From an uncultured Candidatus Saccharibacteria bacterium (lineage in GTDB: Bacteria > Patescibacteriota > Saccharimonadia > Saccharimonadales > CAYVSP01), in assembly GCA_964584265.1 (NCBI GenBank), contig CAZOZI010000002.1, forward strand, positions 66,340 to 130,339: a stretch of DNA of 64,000 nucleotides. The letters run 5' to 3'. Position numbers and translations under genes: made by a program. How positions within the stretch are numbered: position 1 is the stretch's first letter; each line of letters opens with the position of its first letter. The notes under the pieces are model-generated. The model saw only the letters and a list, made by a program, of their open reading frames with translations, was not told where the DNA came from and did not search any database. This document shows, in pieces, positions 62,774-64,000 of this stretch.

Positions 62774-64000
62774 CTAAGAGGTAACTGTTTGTCTTTGCAA
62801 AACTTCACGAACGTTATGGATAGCTTCATCTACTAAGTCTTGTTCTTGAGCTTCTACCCACAAGCGTATAACCGGCTCTGTGCCTGAAGGTCTGACAACT
62901 AGGCGGCCAATACCTTTTAGTTTTTCTTCTTCTTGGGCAATTGTATCTGAAATAAGCGGATCACTCAGCCTTGCTTCGGCTTCGCCGTTTTGAACACGAA
63001 GGTTTACCATTTTTTCCGGCCAGAGTTCAAGCTCATCTCTTAGATCTGCTAGAGTTTTTCCTTCTTGAACTAGTTGTGCAGCCAACCATGCACCCATATA
63101 TAAACCATCTCCGCTTGGTAAGTGAGTAAGGTCTATCATATGACCAGTAAATTCCCCGCCACGCGTAAAGCCTGGACCAAGTTTTTTGGTCAGATCTTGT
63201 AGCTTTGCCGTAACCTCACTATCGCCGTTATTGCATTGGTCAAAAATCACCCCAGACTCTTCCACTGCACGCCGTAACGCAGAATTAGTATAAATCGTAC
63301 CTACAATTCCTTTCTGACCAATTGCCAGACGTTTTAACCAATAGTTACCGTCCAGTTTACGGCTACGATTATCAATTGCTAGTACTCGGTCGGCGTCACC
63401 ATCGTTACTAAATACCCCCAAAAAATCGTCCGTGTTACCTGTTAATAACCAATACTCATCCAGAAATTTCTTTACACCCTCTTGATCAGCGGCCCCGCAT
63501 GCTTGATTGATTCGTGTACCATCATCAGTACAAGCAAATCTAATGACATGTGCTCCTAAGGCTTCATATAAACGTGGTCCTAGTTCGTAGGCGGCCCCAT
63601 TGGCAGCATCTACAATCACCCTTTTGCCAGCGAGTACTTCTTCCGCGCCAAGCGCTTCGATTGTTGTATGGAGATATTGCTCTGACAGCTCTGGACGCCT
63701 AGTATATTTACCGCTGCTGTTGTTAGCTCTATGGACCGGCCTATGGTACCTATCCTCAAGTTCACGTAAAGTATCAATGTTCGGTTTCACACCACCCTTT
63801 TCGAATAATTTCATGCCGTTATTGCTTGCTCGATTATGACTGGCTGTGATAGCAATGGCATTTGTGCCATATTCTTGAGCTACCCAGGCAATAACTGGAG
63901 TTGGTGCAACACCAAGGTCCCAAACCTCTGCACCGGCCATGCCTAAACCACCACATGCAGCTGCACGTAACGACTCACTTGAAGTTCTTGTGTCACTACC
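62774..64000 (-). CDS. glmM: Phosphohexomutase (GlmM/phosphoglucosamine mutase-like); N-terminus lies beyond the right edge of the window
   Basis: The frame stays open upstream of the track Met (…GSDTRTSSESLRAAACGGLGMAGAEV…). The active-site loop is TASHNRASNNGMK. Confidence 0.75.
   Translation of the reverse strand, partial: GSDTRTSSESLRAAACGGLGMAGAEVWDLGVAPTPVIAWVAQEYGTNAIAITASHNRASNNGMKLFEKGGVKPNIDTLRELEDRYHRPVHRANNSSGKYTRRPELSEQYLHTTIEALGAEEVLAGKRVIVDAANGAAYELGPRLYEALGAHVIRFACTDDGTRINQACGAADQEGVKKFLDEYWLLTGNTDDFLGVFSNDGDADRVLAIDNRSRKLDGNYWLKRLAIGQKGIVGTIYTNSALRRAVEESGVIFDQCNNGDSEVTAKLQDLTKKLGPGFTRGGEFTGHMIDLTHLPSGDGLYMGAWLAAQLVQEGKTLADLRDELELWPEKMVNLRVQNGEAEARLSDPLISDTIAQEEEKLKGIGRLVVRPSGTEPVIRLWVEAQEQDLVDEAIHNVREVLQRQTVTS

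Overview
The 64-kb window is gene-dense and mostly minus-strand. Gene content suggests a reduced-genome, Gram-positive-type bacterium of the Patescibacteria/CPR kind, perhaps Saccharibacteria-like; this is inference only. Core genes: alaS (partial), mnmA, an F-type ATP synthase block atpF-H-A-G-D-C with no recognisable atpB/atpE, cysteine desulfurase, tatD, metG, a Nudix hydrolase, GH37 trehalase, typA, a DEAD-box helicase, MFS+MarR, rsmA, pcrA, tpiA-pgk-pyk, a histidine kinase, a CheY-like regulator, a murD-like ligase coupled to a PP-loop protein, folD, a DHFR-like gene, folC, murB, glyA and a glmM-like gene (partial). RNA genes found by hand: tRNA-Val(CAC), tRNA-Glu(UUC), tRNA-Lys(CUU), tRNA-Arg(UCG), one degenerate tRNA-like sequence, and tmRNA. 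Accessory content: three paralogous anchored PG-binding proteins, a SET-domain protein, and a sortase with four L[VT]xTG-type substrates. The most interesting signal is non-coding. A roughly 155-165 nt intergenic element (Family A) occurs six times. Its junction sequences are conserved, but four helices differ completely in sequence between copies while staying complementary, which is covariation typical of a functional structured RNA. Two copies bury the Shine-Dalgarno of the downstream gene (metG, murD-like) in the closing helix, one abuts tRNA-Lys, and one is flanked by a duplicated 3' end of the trehalase gene. A second three-copy module (Family B) combines terminator hairpins with a decayed small ORF that shows codon-level conservation. 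No CRISPR array, rRNA or intact transposase was seen. All calls come from reading the sequence; no database search was run.
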